Origin: a virus | Reading direction: 5' to 3' (one strand) | Length of the DNA: 64,000 nt | IMG/VR virus record: IMGVR_UViG_3300048817_000078 | Location: 6,072-70,071 of that record | Part shown: positions 62,755 to 64,000 of the stretch, piece by piece | Numbering within the stretch: position 1 is the stretch's first letter | How the letters are laid out: the number at the start of each line of letters is the position of its first letter | The notes under the pieces: model-generated | Databases searched by the model: none | Told to the model about the DNA's origin: nothing | What the model saw: only the letters and a program-made list of their open reading frames with translations | Position numbers and translations under genes: made by a program

Positions 62755-64000
62755 GAATAGGCGTTGCCACCGACATTTCGGCGCTAAAGGCCGGCTTGGC
62801 CGAAGCACAGGCTGCTGTCCAGGCTGCGGCCTCGAACATGGCCGACGCCCAAGCTGCGTTCGGCAAAGCAGCCGAACAGGGCAGCGAACAGGCCGCGGCG
62901 GCGCTGGCCGAATACACGGCTGGTGTAGATGCTGCGCGGGAAAAACTGGAGGCACTAAGGAACACGGCTGCGGAAGCCGGTGTGCTGCTTGGTCGTCCCA
63001 GGGCGGCCACGGCGGGGGTCGCTGTTGCCGCCCCTCCGACGGGGTTGGCCGCAGCAGGCGAGCAGGAGAGCGAAGGGCAGCTCGAGGTCGCTGCCGCCAC
63101 CCTTGAGCAGGTAGCCGCACGCAAAGCATTAAACGAAGTCATCGCCGAAACCATCAAGGCCGAAATCGATGACGACGCTGCCCTATCCTCCATAGCGGCT
63201 GCCCAAGAACGCCTCATTGCTGCGACCGAAGCGCTCGTCGAAGCCCAGGCGAATCTAGCCGCCTCGGAAGACTTCGCGGCGTTAAGCGCCCAGCAGGAGG
63301 TTGGCACCACCGAAGAGCTGAGCGCGGCAGAGCTACAGCTGGCAGAGGCCACCTTAGAGGCCAAGGCCGCAAAGTCGGCACTTAGCGACGCCGTAGCGCA
63401 ACTTCAGGGGCGCCGCGACGCGGAGTCCGCTGCGGTGGTTGCTGCCGCGCAACGACGGGAAGCCGAGGCCGCCGAGCAGTTAGCGCTGGCCAAGAAGAAC
63501 CTCGCCGACGTTCGCGAGTACGAAATCGCCGTTGCCAATAAAGAAGTCGCGGTATCCACAGAGGTAGCTGCCGCGTCGGAAGTCGAAGCCGGGGCCATGA
63601 ACGCCGTCGCAGCGGCATCGGCCCGCAGCGTATCGGAAATGACCGCAGCCACAACTGGTGCCAGGCTGGTTACCGGTTCGATGATGGGAGCCTCCAGAGG
63701 CGCGGCAGCGTTCGCGGTGACCAGCCTCGGCCTCGGTCCCATCCTGCAAGCGGCCTTCCCCATCATTGGCGCCGTCGCTCTTATCTCCATCCTCATTGAC
63801 CTCGGCGAGAAGCTCTATGACGTCGAGAAGAAGGCCAACGAGGCCACGGACGCGATTGGCCGCGAGTTTGACGTAGCCAACCAGAAGATGCAGGTCAACC
63901 TCGACGATATCGAGCTGACCAACTCCAAGCTGCAGGACCAGATTGACAAACTGGAGCATCATCCGGGCAACGGGCTGCAGACGGCGCTACTCGAAGCGAT
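62739..64000 (+). CDS. Tape measure protein (3'-truncated)
   Basis: MADEIRIGVATDISALKAGL; Ala/Glu-rich helical; read by eye as open to the window end. Confidence 0.85.
   Translation, partial: MADEIRIGVATDISALKAGLAEAQAAVQAAASNMADAQAAFGKAAEQGSEQAAAALAEYTAGVDAAREKLEALRNTAAEAGVLLGRPRAATAGVAVAAPPTGLAAAGEQESEGQLEVAAATLEQVAARKALNEVIAETIKAEIDDDAALSSIAAAQERLIAATEALVEAQANLAASEDFAALSAQQEVGTTEELSAAELQLAEATLEAKAAKSALSDAVAQLQGRRDAESAAVVAAAQRREAEAAEQLALAKKNLADVREYEIAVANKEVAVSTEVAAASEVEAGAMNAVAAASARSVSEMTAATTGARLVTGSMMGASRGAAAFAVTSLGLGPILQAAFPIIGAVALISILIDLGEKLYDVEKKANEATDAIGREFDVANQKMQVNLDDIELTNSKLQDQIDKLEHHPGNGLQTALLEA

Larger units (their letters stand above)
1..64000. mobile_element. Tailed bacteriophage (siphovirus-like) genome, circularly permuted; no host flanks seen
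   Basis: Complete head, neck, tail, lysis, recombination and replication modules in canonical order. The window starts in the distal tail genes and ends in the tape measure. Confidence 0.95.

Noticed and set aside
1-64000. Stop-codon reassignment
   Set aside because: TAA, TAG and TGA all end well-defined genes with coupled downstream starts (e.g. 729, 1795, 8382); no fragmented core genes.
1-64000. CRISPR array, IS element, rRNA, retron/RT
   Set aside because: No regularly spaced repeats, transposase, rRNA-like or RT motifs were seen; the repeats found are intragenic domain repeats.

Overview
The whole 64 kb reads as one GC-rich tailed-phage (siphovirus-type) genome, entered in the middle of the tail module and wrapping round to the tape-measure gene. 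No host chromosomal flank is visible. Gene order: distal tail (hub, NlpC/P60, tail tip, fibre); lysis (GH108 endolysin, holin-like genes); a divergent Cro-like switch; recombination (RecT, PD-(D/E)XK nuclease); accessory genes; integrase plus tRNA-Arg(CCT); MT-A70 and C5 methyltransferases; replication (O/P-like); a decayed integrase/methylase scar; terS/terL; portal-MuF; protease-scaffold; capsid; neck; tail tube; tail chaperone with a -1 frameshift; tape measure (runs off the end). The domain repertoire (chitobiase C-terminal repeats, Ig-like group 3, Tat-exported beta-propeller, DUF2934, DUF3309-like) suggests an Acidobacteriota host; this is inference. Most unusual content: (1) a 2185-aa Sec-exported, Cys-rich glycan-binding protein with a degenerate GH28 domain inside the tail operon, part of a set of about 8 exported proteins, alongside a cytoplasmic GH13 amylase; (2) several structured non-coding RNA candidates: a ~450-nt multi-pseudoknot minus-strand element ending in a terminator, a 108-nt tRNA-like molecule with an aberrant anticodon arm, and a 143-nt closed element after recT; (3) an A10 run at the portal-MuF junction that could switch products; (4) an integrase apparently lacking its first catalytic Arg. 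All domain calls are by-eye motif recognition; no searches were run.
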